Source: Candidatus Micrarchaeota archaeon (GTDB lineage Archaea > Micrarchaeota > Micrarchaeia > Norongarragalinales > Norongarragalinaceae). Taken from it: a stretch of 64,000 bases of DNA. Positions 33,971 to 43,847 of the stretch are shown piece by piece; the stretch's first letter is position 1, and each line of letters starts with the position of its first letter. The notes below the pieces were generated by a model. It did not search any database, had not been told where the DNA came from, and was given only the letters and a program-made list of their open reading frames with translations. Made by a program: the position numbers and the translations under genes. The stretch covers positions 2,610 through 66,609 of the forward strand of contig CAZVVY010000001.1 in the NCBI GenBank assembly GCA_964630975.1, given 5' to 3'.

Positions 33971-35050
33971 TTATCTGGTGGTTTTAAACGATTGCACTTC
34001 TTCCAGCAAGCCTTTCGCCTTTCCCTTTTCAAAGTGCTTGCGCACGGGCTCCAGCAACCCGTTTATCGAGCCGGCAACGCCTTTCTTCAAGTCCGCGGGA
34101 TGGAGTTCGCCGGCGACAAAAGATTTTTCGAGTTCGTTGTAAGAAGAGTATTCGACGTCTCCCCCGAATTTTTCGGGGCGCTCTATTTTTATCGAGTCAA
34201 CGCTTTCGAAAACGATGTACTTCGCGTATTCCAGCAAAGGGTTGTTTTCGGTTACTTTTTCCGGGCAGTACGCCTTACCGAGTTTTTTCTCCACTTGCTT
34301 GGGGGTATCCGTCATGAATACCGCCGAGTCGGGGTCGGACTTGGACATCTTGAATTGAATGGAGCGGCCTACTCCTTTTGCCTGCGAGTCCTTAGGGGGG
34401 CGCAAGCCGGCCAGCATATGGTGGTGGACCGCAATCGGCTTCTTGTAACCCAGTTTGGGGGCGACTTCGCGCGCAAGCACGTTTACCTTGCGTTGGTCCA
34501 TTCCCAGTTGCGCCAAGTCGACGTCCAACTCGAATATGTCGGACGCCTGCATGCACGGGTAAAATATTTGTGCGGCGCTCAACGAATCCTTGGACCCGCG
34601 CCCCATTATTTGCGCGCAACGCGTTACGCGCGCCACCGTATTCAATCGCGCGATTTTAATGGTGCGCAGCCAGTAATCCTTCTTATCCATGTGTTCGGAA
34701 GCCCACAAGAACTCCACGTTTCGCAAGTCCATTCCTGCGGCTTTCCACGTTTCAACGAAGTACTCGCCGGTAACCTTGATTTTGTCGAGGTCGCCGCCCA
34801 TTTTGTCGTTCATCAAAGCGAACCAGTCGGCCACCCAAAACTTGAATTTCACGCCGGCCTTGCACAACTTGTTGACGTTTATTGCGCGCAAAAGCCCTTG
34901 GGCTATGTGGATGCGGCCGGACGGCTCGAACCCGTCGTAGGCCACCGGATGCTTTTTTTCCTCGAGCAAGTCACGCAACTCGTCGGGCTCGATTATTTCC
35001 TCGCCCACTTCGCTTACGAGCCGCATTCGCTCTTCAATACCCATGTTCAT
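33971..35050 (-). CDS. tyrS: Tyrosine--tRNA ligase
   Basis: YDGFEPSGRIHIAQG, YPCMQASD, LGMDQRK, KMSKS. Confidence 0.96.
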   Translation of the reverse strand: MNMGIEERMRLVSEVGEEIIEPDELRDLLEEKKHPVAYDGFEPSGRIHIAQGLLRAINVNKLCKAGVKFKFWVADWFALMNDKMGGDLDKIKVTGEYFVETWKAAGMDLRNVEFLWASEHMDKKDYWLRTIKIARLNTVARVTRCAQIMGRGSKDSLSAAQIFYPCMQASDIFELDVDLAQLGMDQRKVNVLAREVAPKLGYKKPIAVHHHMLAGLRPPKDSQAKGVGRSIQFKMSKSDPDSAVFMTDTPKQVEKKLGKAYCPEKVTENNPLLEYAKYIVFESVDSIKIERPEKFGGDVEYSSYNELEKSFVAGELHPADLKKGVAGSINGLLEPVRKHFEKGKAKGLLEEVQSFKTTR

Positions 35051-35481
35051 AAGTCGCGCGCCATCAATAAAACGGTTTTCCCGTTGATTTTGCGGTCGAG
35101 TACGCCTTTGTTTTCAAACCCGTTTTTTTCGTAGAGTCGGTGGGCCGCGAGGTTGTCTTCGGCTACGAGTATGTGGAGCCTGCACGCTTTTTTTGCGGCT
35201 TCCGAAACTGCGTGCAACAAAAGCTTTTCGCCGAGCCCCTTTCCGCGCTCTTCTTCGAGCACTCCCAAGCCCAGTATTTTGGCGGATTCCCCCGAGTACT
35301 GCAAGTCAACGAAGCCAACGCATCTCTTTCCCTGCAAGGCGACGAAGTATTGGTTGTCTGGGTCGGAGAGGCGTTTCATAATCGTGTCGAAGGTGAAGCC
35401 GGTATACGGGAAGAAGTGCCGCGTCATCACCGTGATTGAATAAGCGTGCGCCCCTTTTCCCTCGATTATTTCAAGCCGCAA
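35047..35481 (-). CDS. GNAT N-acetyltransferase
   Basis: LGVLEEERGKGLG, NLAAHRLYEKNGF. Confidence 0.9.
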   Translation of the reverse strand: MRLEIIEGKGAHAYSITVMTRHFFPYTGFTFDTIMKRLSDPDNQYFVALQGKRCVGFVDLQYSGESAKILGLGVLEEERGKGLGEKLLLHAVSEAAKKACRLHILVAEDNLAAHRLYEKNGFENKGVLDRKINGKTVLLMARDL

Positions 35482-36028
35482 CTCCTTTCACCCAGTCCTC
35501 TTCAAACGCTTTTAAAAATGATTTCGCGGTTGCCGGGTCGCTCACGATGACGGATGCCTCGCGGTTGGACTCCATTGCGCGGTTCGACCAATTCGTGCTT
35601 CCAACCAACACTTTTTTTCCATCCACCACGCAATACTTGGAGTGCGTGTTCGTGTAGTCGAGCGAGCCCCACTTGACTAGCACGCCTTTTTCCTGCAGGA
35701 ACGCGGCGGTCTCGTAATTGCTTTCAACCCGCGACTCCATTATGAGGCGCACGCGAACCCCGCGCCGTACCGCGTCCGAGAGCGCGGCCTTCAAGTGCGG
35801 GTTGGAGAATTGGTATAATTCGGCGTCAATCGAGTGCTCAGCGCTTTCAACGAAGGGCAGTACGACGGAATCCGCGTTAGGGGAGAATACGGGGGCCACC
35901 GACCCGTTCAAACAATGGCATTCGGGTGAAGCCAACGCGAACGCTATTGCGGCGCCCACGAGCGCGGCCAAAACGAATTCAAACGGTTTGCGTGCACTCC
36001 TTGCATTCAACTTCGGGCATCCCCGCAA
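35471..36028 (-). CDS. Phospholipase D/Nuc-like single-HKD protein, membrane-anchored
   Basis: HSKYCVVD...GSTNWS...NRE, RGVRVRLI; start uncertain. Confidence 0.85.
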   Translation of the reverse strand: MRGCPKLNARSARKPFEFVLAALVGAAIAFALASPECHCLNGSVAPVFSPNADSVVLPFVESAEHSIDAELYQFSNPHLKAALSDAVRRGVRVRLIMESRVESNYETAAFLQEKGVLVKWGSLDYTNTHSKYCVVDGKKVLVGSTNWSNRAMESNREASVIVSDPATAKSFLKAFEEDWVKGVAA

Positions 36029-36755
36029 CCATTTCGTTTATGAGCCCTTTAAGTTTCTCGTTGTTTTCCTTGAACACTTTCAACACTTCCTCGTGGGAAA
36101 CGGGCTTCATTCCCTGCAATCCGACGTCGTAATCGGTTATGAGGGATACGTTGCAATAACACATTCCGGCTTCGCGGCACAAGAAAGCTTCGGGCGACTG
36201 CGTCATGTTTATCACTTCCCAGCCCTGCGAAGAATAAAACCTGCTCTCGGCCCGCGTCGAAAACCGCGGCCCCTCTATTACGGTTACCGTGCCCCCGTCG
36301 CGCACGGGAATACCTCGTTTTTCAGCGCTTTTCACGGCGACTCGCCGCATTTCCGGGCAGTATGGGTCGGCGGCGGTCAAGTGTTTTACTTCGGGGCCGT
36401 CGAACAACGTGTACTCGCGCCCTTTCGTGTAATCCGCGATTTGGTCGCATACCACGAACGTCCCGGGCGGCACTTCCTTTTGAAGTGAGCCCGCCGCGCA
36501 AGGCCCGATTACGCGCTTCACGCCGAGCTCCTTGAAGGCCCAGGCATTCGCGCGATAATTTATTTTGTGGGGGGGAAGCGAGTGATTGCGCCCGTGCCTG
36601 GGAATGAACGCCACTTTCCTGCCCGACATTTCGCCGAGCATTACGGCGTCGGACGCGTCGCCGAACGGCGTGTCGACCCTGACTTCTTCCGGGTTTTCGA
36701 GGAGCGAGTAAAAACCGCTTCCTCCGAAAACACCTATATCCGCTTTTTCAACCAT
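35979..36755 (-). CDS. mtnP: S-methyl-5'-thioadenosine phosphorylase
   Basis: GGSGFY, PRHG, INYRAN, EGPRFSTRAES, INMT, TDYD. Confidence 0.93.
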   Translation of the reverse strand: MVEKADIGVFGGSGFYSLLENPEEVRVDTPFGDASDAVMLGEMSGRKVAFIPRHGRNHSLPPHKINYRANAWAFKELGVKRVIGPCAAGSLQKEVPPGTFVVCDQIADYTKGREYTLFDGPEVKHLTAADPYCPEMRRVAVKSAEKRGIPVRDGGTVTVIEGPRFSTRAESRFYSSQGWEVINMTQSPEAFLCREAGMCYCNVSLITDYDVGLQGMKPVSHEEVLKVFKENNEKLKGLINEMVAGMPEVECKECTQTV

Positions 36756-37698
36756 ATTCGTTTACCCCCGTCTTCTTGAATTCTTCGAGCGCTTCCAAGC
36801 GCTTGTAAGTAAGCGGGTGAGTGGAAACCCATTCGCTTAAATGCGTCCACGAATCGGTTTTTTCCCACGCAATAGCGTACTCTATTCCCTCCGCTTTTTG
36901 CGACAGCGCGCTTGCCTCGTCCGGGTTGGACACGTAGAAAGCGGCTTTGCCTCGGTACCGCGAAGGGTTTACCCCGCGAAAGCCGTAAGAAATCTTTTTC
37001 AATGCCTGTTGGAGCGCGCCCGGGTCGCCGGTCGCCCGAGCACTGAACGCGTCCGCGTAATACTCGCGGGTGCGGCTCAAGTACATTACGAGGAGGCGCG
37101 AAAGGAATTGCGCGAACAAAGCGCCGAGGAAAACCCCTATGAAGCCGAGGCCGCCGTTGCCTCGCCTGCCGCCGCGGGGAGAAAAAAAGAGGAACAAATA
37201 GTAGACCAACAAGGGCACCATTGAGGCAACCGTTATCAGGACTACGTCTCGGTGCTTCACGTGCCCCATTTCGTGGGTGAGCACGGCCCGCGTTTCCCGG
37301 CGGTCGAGTGCCTGCAGCAAGCCGGAGTGCACCGCTATGTTGGAGTCGTTTCGCGTGCGACCGAACGCGAAGGCATTTGGCGTCGAGTCGGGCACCAGCC
37401 ACAACTTCGGCTTTTTAACTCCCGCTTTCTTGGCCAGGCCTTCTACGTCGCGGTGAACCCGCTCGAACCTTTTTTCGTCGAGAGGCTTCATTCGCGTAGT
37501 CCACTTGATTATCGAGGGCGCGGCCCACCATTGCAGTGTCGTGAACAAGACGACGAAGACGAGTATTCCGGCGAGCGCCATCGAGCCTTCAACCGCGGGA
37601 CCCCACTGCCATAAAATAAGGCCGAAGACGCCGGCCAGGAAACCGAAGAGCAGCGTCATCGTCAAAAGCATCGCTATCCTAAGCTTCAACAAACCCAT
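36748..37698 (-). CDS. htpX: HtpX-family (M48) membrane zinc metalloprotease
   Basis: PNAFAFG, HEMGH, SRTREYYAD, STHP. Confidence 0.92.
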   Translation of the reverse strand: MGLLKLRIAMLLTMTLLFGFLAGVFGLILWQWGPAVEGSMALAGILVFVVLFTTLQWWAAPSIIKWTTRMKPLDEKRFERVHRDVEGLAKKAGVKKPKLWLVPDSTPNAFAFGRTRNDSNIAVHSGLLQALDRRETRAVLTHEMGHVKHRDVVLITVASMVPLLVYYLFLFFSPRGGRRGNGGLGFIGVFLGALFAQFLSRLLVMYLSRTREYYADAFSARATGDPGALQQALKKISYGFRGVNPSRYRGKAAFYVSNPDEASALSQKAEGIEYAIAWEKTDSWTHLSEWVSTHPLTYKRLEALEEFKKTGVNEYG

Positions 37699-37724
37699 TA
37701 CGAATCCTTCACTCCGCCCCAAAT

Positions 37725-38384
37725 TTATTTCTTTTTAAGGACCAGCATTTCGTGGCCCGCCTCAAAAGGCTCCAAATCTATTTCTTCCACTAACTCGAAA
37801 CAATCGCGCAAATCCTTTTTGACTTGCGCAAACACTTCCGAAGGTCTCTTCGAAGAATCGATGCACGCCGACTTCACGGCTAACAGCGCCCAGCCGCCTT
37901 TCCCCAAAAAGCGCGCGTTTTCCTTGAGTATGCGTGCTTGCTCGGGGTCGGCGACGTCCTCGAATATGACGTCCACTCTTCCAATGTCCGCGTATTCCCC
38001 GGGCTTCCTGGCGTCGGCGACTATGGGGACCGTGTTCTCCCTAGAGCCGCAAACCTTTAACAAGTCGCGTGCGGCGCGCGCCGAAAACTCCACGCAGTAA
38101 ACGCCGCCTTCGGTAACCATGTCGGAGACGTGGGAAGGGGTCGCCCCGTTGGCGGCACCCAAGTAAAGCACTACCGAGTCGGATTGGATTGCGGCCGACT
38201 TCATTCCTTTTGCTATTGCCGCTGCCAGCTTGCTTTGGCGCGGGTTCCACTCGCGATATTCCCGTCCCTTGTGCTTGAACAATTGTTCCCCGTGAACGCG
38301 AACCCCCGGAACCGCGTTAACCGTTGCCAACCGGCCTTTGACGAGGTAAACCCCGGGGTGCGTTCCGTGTTCCACTACCCTCAT
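37725..38384 (-). CDS. flpA: Fibrillarin-like rRNA/tRNA 2'-O-methyltransferase
   Basis: YREWNPRQSKLAA, VLYLGAANGATPSHVSD, VEFSAR, DARKP; ATG at 38384. Confidence 0.95.
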   Translation of the reverse strand: MRVVEHGTHPGVYLVKGRLATVNAVPGVRVHGEQLFKHKGREYREWNPRQSKLAAAIAKGMKSAAIQSDSVVLYLGAANGATPSHVSDMVTEGGVYCVEFSARAARDLLKVCGSRENTVPIVADARKPGEYADIGRVDVIFEDVADPEQARILKENARFLGKGGWALLAVKSACIDSSKRPSEVFAQVKKDLRDCFELVEEIDLEPFEAGHEMLVLKKK

Positions 38385-38755
38385 TTCCTTTTCCCGTAAT
38401 AAGCGAGTAATGCAAGTATTCCGAGGCCCGCGAGCGCCCACAAGAACGGCGAACTCCTCTTTTTTTCGGCTTCGCCTTTCGTCAAGTAATCCTCGGCTCC
38501 CGCCGACTCGGTTACTACGCAGGATTCGGGGCTTGCTTCCAAGAGGAGAATGCCGTTGGAAAACTCTCCTTCGCCGAGGATGAACGACTCGGTTTCCCCC
38601 GGCGAATAATAAGTGAATACGCAGGAATCTTCTTCGGCGTTAACAACCTTTATTATTGCGCCGCCCAAGCGCAGCTCTCCGCCTTCGGCGACTTCGTGGG
38701 TTGTCGCGCCCGTGAGTGCCGCCGCCAAAACCATTACGGCAACGATTTTTTTCAT
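38381..38755 (-). CDS. Exported protein with C-terminal TM anchor
   Basis: Signal peptide; ends SPFLWALAGLGILALLAYYGKRK. Confidence 0.72.
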   Translation of the reverse strand: MKKIVAVMVLAAALTGATTHEVAEGGELRLGGAIIKVVNAEEDSCVFTYYSPGETESFILGEGEFSNGILLLEASPESCVVTESAGAEDYLTKGEAEKKRSSPFLWALAGLGILALLAYYGKRK

Positions 38756-38762
38756 GAACAAT

Positions 38763-38787
38763 AAAAAAAAGGGGTTTTCACCCCTTT
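38763..38787 (-). terminator. Hairpin plus U-tract, terminator-like
   Basis: Minus strand AAAGGGGTGAAAACCCCTTTTTTTT just after the 38796 stop. Confidence 0.5.
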
Positions 38788-38795
38788 AAACCTTT

Positions 38796-39734
38796 TCAGC
38801 CGGTTGCATTCAAGGAAAGCAGGCCGCACAACTCTTCGTGCTTGTTGCAAACCATTTCCTTCAACTGCGCGAAGTTTTGCGCTTGGAAAACGTGTTTGCA
38901 GTCCAACACGTACGTGGGAATCATTGTCGAACCCGGCAATTGCAGGCGCGCATATTCCTCCATCGCCGCGTCGTATTCTTCTTCCCCTACGGCTTCAATG
39001 CACTCGTTTTTTTGTTCCTCGCTTCCGGCAATGCAGTAGCGGGAGTAGTCGAGCGCTTCGCCTAAAGCGTTTTTCAGGGTTTCTTCTCCGGCGTCCGCGG
39101 AATCACACAAGTAGCATTCTTCCGGAGAATACCTGTCCAGCTTCACGCTTCCCTTGATAGCGCAGCTTTCTTCCTGCAACAACAGCGATTTTTGGCCGTC
39201 GTCGGAAGGAACGAGCACAACGGCTTCGTTGCCGTAAGCGTCGCAGTAAGTGCCGAGTTCGCGGAAGTAGTCTGCGAGCGCCTCGTTTGCCTGGAAGTCT
39301 GCGACGTCCACGTAAAACGCGGGCACGCGCTTGACTTCTGCGGGAGCCGAAACCGTGCTGACGTCCACGATGTTGATTGCCACGTTCTTCTTTGCGAGCT
39401 TGGTTTTCACGGAGTCCACTCCTTGCACGGGTTGTTCACGCAAGTGCGCGAGCCACTTCGTGTTGTTGCATTCTTCGCAAGTCGAGTCATAGTAAAAATA
39501 GAATTCGGCTGCGGCGTAATCACTCGTCGTTTCAAGCACGTTGAGCCGCGACTCAATGCTTTTGAGGCGCGAAGACAATTCGGCGTCGTTGGAAATCGTG
39601 TTCACTTCAACCGTCGCCTTCAAGGAATTGTTCTGCATCACCAAGTAAGCGGTTGAAAGCAGCCACAACACGAATACTGCTGCCAAGCCGTAGTAAATCG
39701 TTTCCTGTATCGAGTCCTTTTTTTCCTTAGCCAT
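38796..39734 (-). CDS. Membrane-anchored protein with thioredoxin-like CxxC domains
   Basis: N-terminal TM and coiled coil; FYYDSTCEEC...VPAF and YSPEECYLC...IPTYV. Confidence 0.65.
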   Translation of the reverse strand: MAKEKKDSIQETIYYGLAAVFVLWLLSTAYLVMQNNSLKATVEVNTISNDAELSSRLKSIESRLNVLETTSDYAAAEFYFYYDSTCEECNNTKWLAHLREQPVQGVDSVKTKLAKKNVAINIVDVSTVSAPAEVKRVPAFYVDVADFQANEALADYFRELGTYCDAYGNEAVVLVPSDDGQKSLLLQEESCAIKGSVKLDRYSPEECYLCDSADAGEETLKNALGEALDYSRYCIAGSEEQKNECIEAVGEEEYDAAMEEYARLQLPGSTMIPTYVLDCKHVFQAQNFAQLKEMVCNKHEELCGLLSLNATG

Positions 39735-39786
39735 CTGAAAAATCACCTTTAACGCCTTACTTTCACTGACTCGCACCTTAAAAAAC

Positions 39787-40371
39787 TTATTTTTCGGCTT
39801 CCACGAAAACATTCCTTTTTTCTTCCTTTACTTGAACCCTGCGGAAGCCCGCGCCGCCAAACAATTTCTTCAATTCCTTGTTTCCCGGAAAAAAGTATTT
39901 CCTTTTTTTTCGGCCCCATTTAATCAAGCCCCACTTGCCGTGGCCGCGCGGCCTCCACAAAGTTGCGAAAACCGTTCCGCCCGGCTTCAAAACGCGGAAA
40001 AATTCTTTTGCCGCCTTCCTCCTACCCCCCGCATTCAAGTGGTGGAGTGCGGCGGTGCAAGTAACCGCTTCGAATGCTTCCTCGCCGAACGGGAGGCGGG
40101 CCATCGACCCGAAAACGGTTTCCGCGTTTTTCACTCCCCCCAAATTCTTTTTTGCGTAACCAATCATTTCACGGCTGTTGTCCAGGCAAGCCACCGCACG
40201 GCACTTGGCCGCAATTTCCCTTGCGTTGACCGCGTTGCCGCACCCCGCGTCGAGCACCGCCCACTTTTTCCCTATTTTTTTTAGTGCCGGCGCTATCAGA
40301 AACCTCCTCGGCTCGCTTCGGTACTCCTGCCATTGCCCGGCTATGCCGTCGTAAACCGTCGCCATTTCCAA
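39787..40371 (-). CDS. Class I SAM-dependent methyltransferase
   Basis: VLDAGCGN, LPF...FEAV, ALHHL, RVLKPGG. Confidence 0.9.
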   Translation of the reverse strand: MEMATVYDGIAGQWQEYRSEPRRFLIAPALKKIGKKWAVLDAGCGNAVNAREIAAKCRAVACLDNSREMIGYAKKNLGGVKNAETVFGSMARLPFGEEAFEAVTCTAALHHLNAGGRRKAAKEFFRVLKPGGTVFATLWRPRGHGKWGLIKWGRKKRKYFFPGNKELKKLFGGAGFRRVQVKEEKRNVFVEAEK

Positions 40372-40406
40372 CCCAATTAAAAAAGGGCGCGCGCTAAAAA
40401 ACAGTT

Positions 40407-40895
40407 ATGCAATTCAAGTTGCTTCCCCTCGCCTTCCTGGCCGCAGTCGTCTGGTTTGCCGCAGCCGACTACGGCTCGGCAATGGAACAGGCAAGGCCGT
40501 GGATGACCCCCGTCGTGTTGCCCGGAGAACTCGAGGCAATGCAGTGGGTGCGCCAAAACACGGCGCCGCGCACCGTTTTCGTGAACGGCATTTTCGGCGG
40601 CGAATTCTTGATGGGTTACTCGTTGCGAGAGAGCGCGGTCGGCGGCGACTGGGCCATAATACCCAACGTAGTGCAGAGAATGCACGACGTGCAATACTCT
40701 TTTTACGGCGCTGAAAACCCGCGTCAAGCGCGGGAAACCGCGAAGCAGTACGGAGCCGAATTCGTTTGGGCTCCCAAGCGCAAAGTGTTCGCGGGCTACG
40801 AATGGGTCGAAGTAAACGAGGGATTGTTCGACCCGCAGTATTTCGCACTCGCCTATGAAAACGACGGAGTGCGCATTTACGAGGTGCTGGAATGA
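40407..40895 (+). CDS. Exported protein resembling the extracytoplasmic C-terminal domain of GT-C glycosyltransferases
   Basis: ELEAMQWVRQNT, YGAEFVW, YENDGVRIYEV; signal anchor. Confidence 0.68.
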   Translation: MQFKLLPLAFLAAVVWFAAADYGSAMEQARPWMTPVVLPGELEAMQWVRQNTAPRTVFVNGIFGGEFLMGYSLRESAVGGDWAIIPNVVQRMHDVQYSFYGAENPRQARETAKQYGAEFVWAPKRKVFAGYEWVEVNEGLFDPQYFALAYENDGVRIYEVLE

Positions 40896-41938
40896 ACAAA
40901 CGCCTGCCCCGGCTTTTCTTCCTCGGCGCAATCGCGTTGTCGCTTTACGCGCACTCAATGGTTTTCGGGGAGTGGGTGATGCCCACTTACGGTAACACCA
41001 TGATTCACGTTGCAAGCGCTCGGCACGCCATTGAAACCGGTGAATACCCGATGTGGAACGATTACTCTTACGGCGGCGGCCAACCCAACCTCTACGTGCC
41101 TTTGTACCGCTTCTTGTACGCCGAACTCGTTGCCTTGACCGGGCTGTCATTCGACGTCGTGGGTCGCCTCATCGTAATGCTTTACGCGTTACTGCTCCCT
41201 CTCGGCTTCTTTTTGCTCGGCCGCGAACTCGCCGGCGACTGGGCGGGAATCGCTTCGGCTTTCCTCGCCTCTTTGTCCCCCGAACTACTCGTTTACACGG
41301 TGCGCCCCCTGCCCCAGGGCCTGGGCCTGGCAATGCTCCCCGTCGCCTTTTACTTCCTCGCCAAGCGAAACCTGCGCGCTTCCCTGCTCTCGGCGTTCTT
41401 GATTGTTCTGGCGCACCAGGAAGCCGGCGTTTTCTTCGTCGGGTGTGCTTTCGCTTACGGGTTAATGGAAACCGTTCGCTCCCGATTCGTTGACGAAAAA
41501 TCGTGGAAAAACGCCGAACTCGGCTTTGCCGCGTGGGGCGTTGGAACCCTTACTTATTTGGCTTGGCACTTTTTCGCGGTGAGCAACCTCGACTTGCTTG
41601 CTTTGGCACAGTTCGAACACCACGAAGGCGCTTTCGTGTCCGCACAATTATTGTACGACAAGACGGGGTTGGTTCTCCTCGCCTTGGGTGCTCTCGGCTT
41701 TTTGTTGCTCGCGTTTCGCGCGTTGGAGAAGAAGCGGGTGCGCGCGGCTCAAACACTCATTTTATCCTGTCTGCTCGTGGGATTGTTCTGCATCAAAAAC
41801 GATTTGGTGGGCTTGCAAGTGTTCATGGACCGCTTCATCGTGTTCCTTCACGTCGCCCTCGTTCCCGCGGCCGCCCTGACATTAAGGGAAGCATGGAATT
41901 TTTTGGAAGAAAAAAACAAGGGTTTAAAAAAAAGTTGA
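40892..41938 (+). CDS. GT-C/PMT-like multi-TM glycosyltransferase domain
   Basis: IHVASARH, LYVPLY, FFLLGREL...AG..SAFL, LAHQ, DRF; about ten TM. Confidence 0.7.
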   Translation: MNKRLPRLFFLGAIALSLYAHSMVFGEWVMPTYGNTMIHVASARHAIETGEYPMWNDYSYGGGQPNLYVPLYRFLYAELVALTGLSFDVVGRLIVMLYALLLPLGFFLLGRELAGDWAGIASAFLASLSPELLVYTVRPLPQGLGLAMLPVAFYFLAKRNLRASLLSAFLIVLAHQEAGVFFVGCAFAYGLMETVRSRFVDEKSWKNAELGFAAWGVGTLTYLAWHFFAVSNLDLLALAQFEHHEGAFVSAQLLYDKTGLVLLALGALGFLLLAFRALEKKRVRAAQTLILSCLLVGLFCIKNDLVGLQVFMDRFIVFLHVALVPAAALTLREAWNFLEEKNKGLKKS

Positions 41939-41965
41939 AAGAAAAAACAAGGAAATCGTTGCGTT

Positions 41966-42214
41966 TTAATCCAGGCAACTCATGCAACCCAAGCAAGCGC
42001 CGGGGCCCAAAGGGCACCACTCGCCGTCAGGCATCGATTGTTTAGCCAAGTACTCGTCGTCCATTCCTTCGTGCGCCGCAATCGTATAAGCACAGTATTC
42101 GGGGGCCAAGCAACCTGTTTCCTTACCGTTTTGATATCCAATCATCATCCCCAGAAAGCCGCCGATTACGAGACCGAGCACGGCAAACAAAATCGCGCTT
42201 TGTTCCAACTTCAT
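41966..42214 (-). CDS. Small membrane protein with Cys-rich tail
   Basis: N-terminal TM; ends CPLGPGACLGCMSC. Confidence 0.6.
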   Translation of the reverse strand: MKLEQSAILFAVLGLVIGGFLGMMIGYQNGKETGCLAPEYCAYTIAAHEGMDDEYLAKQSMPDGEWCPLGPGACLGCMSCLD

Positions 42215-42252
42215 TCCTGAACCACCAATTTAATTTATTTATAACTTATTTA

Positions 42253-42660
42253 TTAGGGTTCGCCGGTTACGCGCACGCTAACCGAGCAAAAAGCGTCGGT
42301 TACGCGGTACGCCGACCTTCCTTCTATTACCGCTTCGGCTCGCACCAAAACGTTTTCGCATTCGAGTTCTCTAAATAACGCGGTTAATTGTTGGGCGTCC
42401 AACGGCAGTTCGGCGCCGTCCAACTCCCGCGCGAAAAACCGGCACTTGTCGCACCCCTTCAATAATATTCCGGCGCGCTCCAACTCCTCTTTTTCGTAGT
42501 ACGCGTCGAGCACGGTTGAAGCCGCGCCCCCCACTTGAAACGCCGCGTTTTCGCTTGCTTCTTCGCGGCCCATCTGTTTTCCCGCGATTATGCCTGCGGC
42601 GAGCGCCAGTACGGCTATGCTCATAACCGTGAATGCCAGTACGTAGCCCTTTTTCTTCAT
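42253..42660 (-). CDS. Pilin-like protein (class III signal peptide candidate)
   Basis: MKKKG followed by hydrophobic YVLAFTVMSIAVLALAAG. Confidence 0.55.
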   Translation of the reverse strand: MKKKGYVLAFTVMSIAVLALAAGIIAGKQMGREEASENAAFQVGGAASTVLDAYYEKEELERAGILLKGCDKCRFFARELDGAELPLDAQQLTALFRELECENVLVRAEAVIEGRSAYRVTDAFCSVSVRVTGEP

Positions 42661-42703
42661 AATTCGTTATAAAGGAAAAAAGAAAATAAAAAAGAGAAGG
42701 GTT

Positions 42704-43804
42704 TCACGCTTCGTCGCGGCAAGGCGTCTTGACGACGAGGTTGTCGATGTAAACCTCTTGCAAGTCGGTTTCCTGGCCGCTTCCGGGGTCGCCCACCACG
42801 ATTTGTTCGAAGGAGCCGATGCCTCCTTGAGTGGGGAGTATCGGGCTCTCGCCAACGCGGTAAACCGTGGTCGAGCCGCCTATCGACAATTGGTAGGTGC
42901 CTTCCTCGGAGTCCGTAACGATTTTCACGTGGTACCAATTACCCGTTTCGTATTCGAAGACGGCTTCGCCGTTGCTCCAGCTTTCACCAAAGGAATAAAT
43001 CGAGGAGGCCTCGTACTTGTTGGCCATCATCCTCATCCAGGGGTAGGGCGCGTCCGCACTCGTCGCTTCGCCGCGCAAGCCGTCGCCGAACCGCGGGCCG
43101 GTTATGTATACGGGCAAGCCGTTCACCCAATGGTTCGCTTCGGGGTCGAAGCCTTCTCCCATCGCGAACGCTTCGTAGTCTTCCCCGACGTAAATCGTCA
43201 ATAAGTCGAAGTTGTAGTCGTCTTCGCTGTGGTCTTCGTCGGTTCCGAACAACAAGTCGAACTCGATTTCCACGTCCTCAAACTCCTGCCCGAAGTAGTG
43301 TATTACGCGGTTTCCGCCTTGGTTGTCCACTCCGTCGGGGGCGTCCGAAGGGTCGGCGTACTTGGAGTTGAACAACAATGCTTTTCCGGAAGGCGAGCCG
43401 CTTTCGATTACTGCGGCGGGCGCTTCAACCACTTTGGCTTCGCCGCCGCGGTAATTCACGCCTTGGTAACCCCATTCATAGTATTCGGTGTTGCCGTAAG
43501 TCGAAGTGCATTCCCCCCTCGCGCAATTGCGGGTCTCCAAAGCCATTCCTTCGGCGTACTCCTCGAAGCGTAGGTTTACCGTGGTAATGGCTTTCTCGGG
43601 ACCGCAAGCCGCGGGGCAAACCGGAGCCATTCCGGGCCCTTTTTGCAGGTAGTCGACCCGGTTTTCGAGTTCGGATACTTCGGCGCCGCACTCGTCGAGC
43701 TTTACCGTGTACTCGCCGGTTGCCTGCGAGCCGCCGAGCCAGTATCCCGCGGCCGCACCCAACAAGAGTGCGCCCGCCAAAAACATCAATAATTTTTCCT
43801 TCAT
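42704..43804 (-). CDS. Secreted/anchored acidic protein, possible lectin-like beta-sandwich
   Basis: N-terminal TM and coiled coil; GNWYHVKI and VYIDNLVV typical of ConA-like domains. Confidence 0.6.
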   Translation of the reverse strand: MKEKLLMFLAGALLLGAAAGYWLGGSQATGEYTVKLDECGAEVSELENRVDYLQKGPGMAPVCPAACGPEKAITTVNLRFEEYAEGMALETRNCARGECTSTYGNTEYYEWGYQGVNYRGGEAKVVEAPAAVIESGSPSGKALLFNSKYADPSDAPDGVDNQGGNRVIHYFGQEFEDVEIEFDLLFGTDEDHSEDDYNFDLLTIYVGEDYEAFAMGEGFDPEANHWVNGLPVYITGPRFGDGLRGEATSADAPYPWMRMMANKYEASSIYSFGESWSNGEAVFEYETGNWYHVKIVTDSEEGTYQLSIGGSTTVYRVGESPILPTQGGIGSFEQIVVGDPGSGQETDLQEVYIDNLVVKTPCRDEA

Positions 43805-43847
43805 AAGTGGTTTCACCAAACAAGAATTGGTTTTTTTGTTTAATAAA

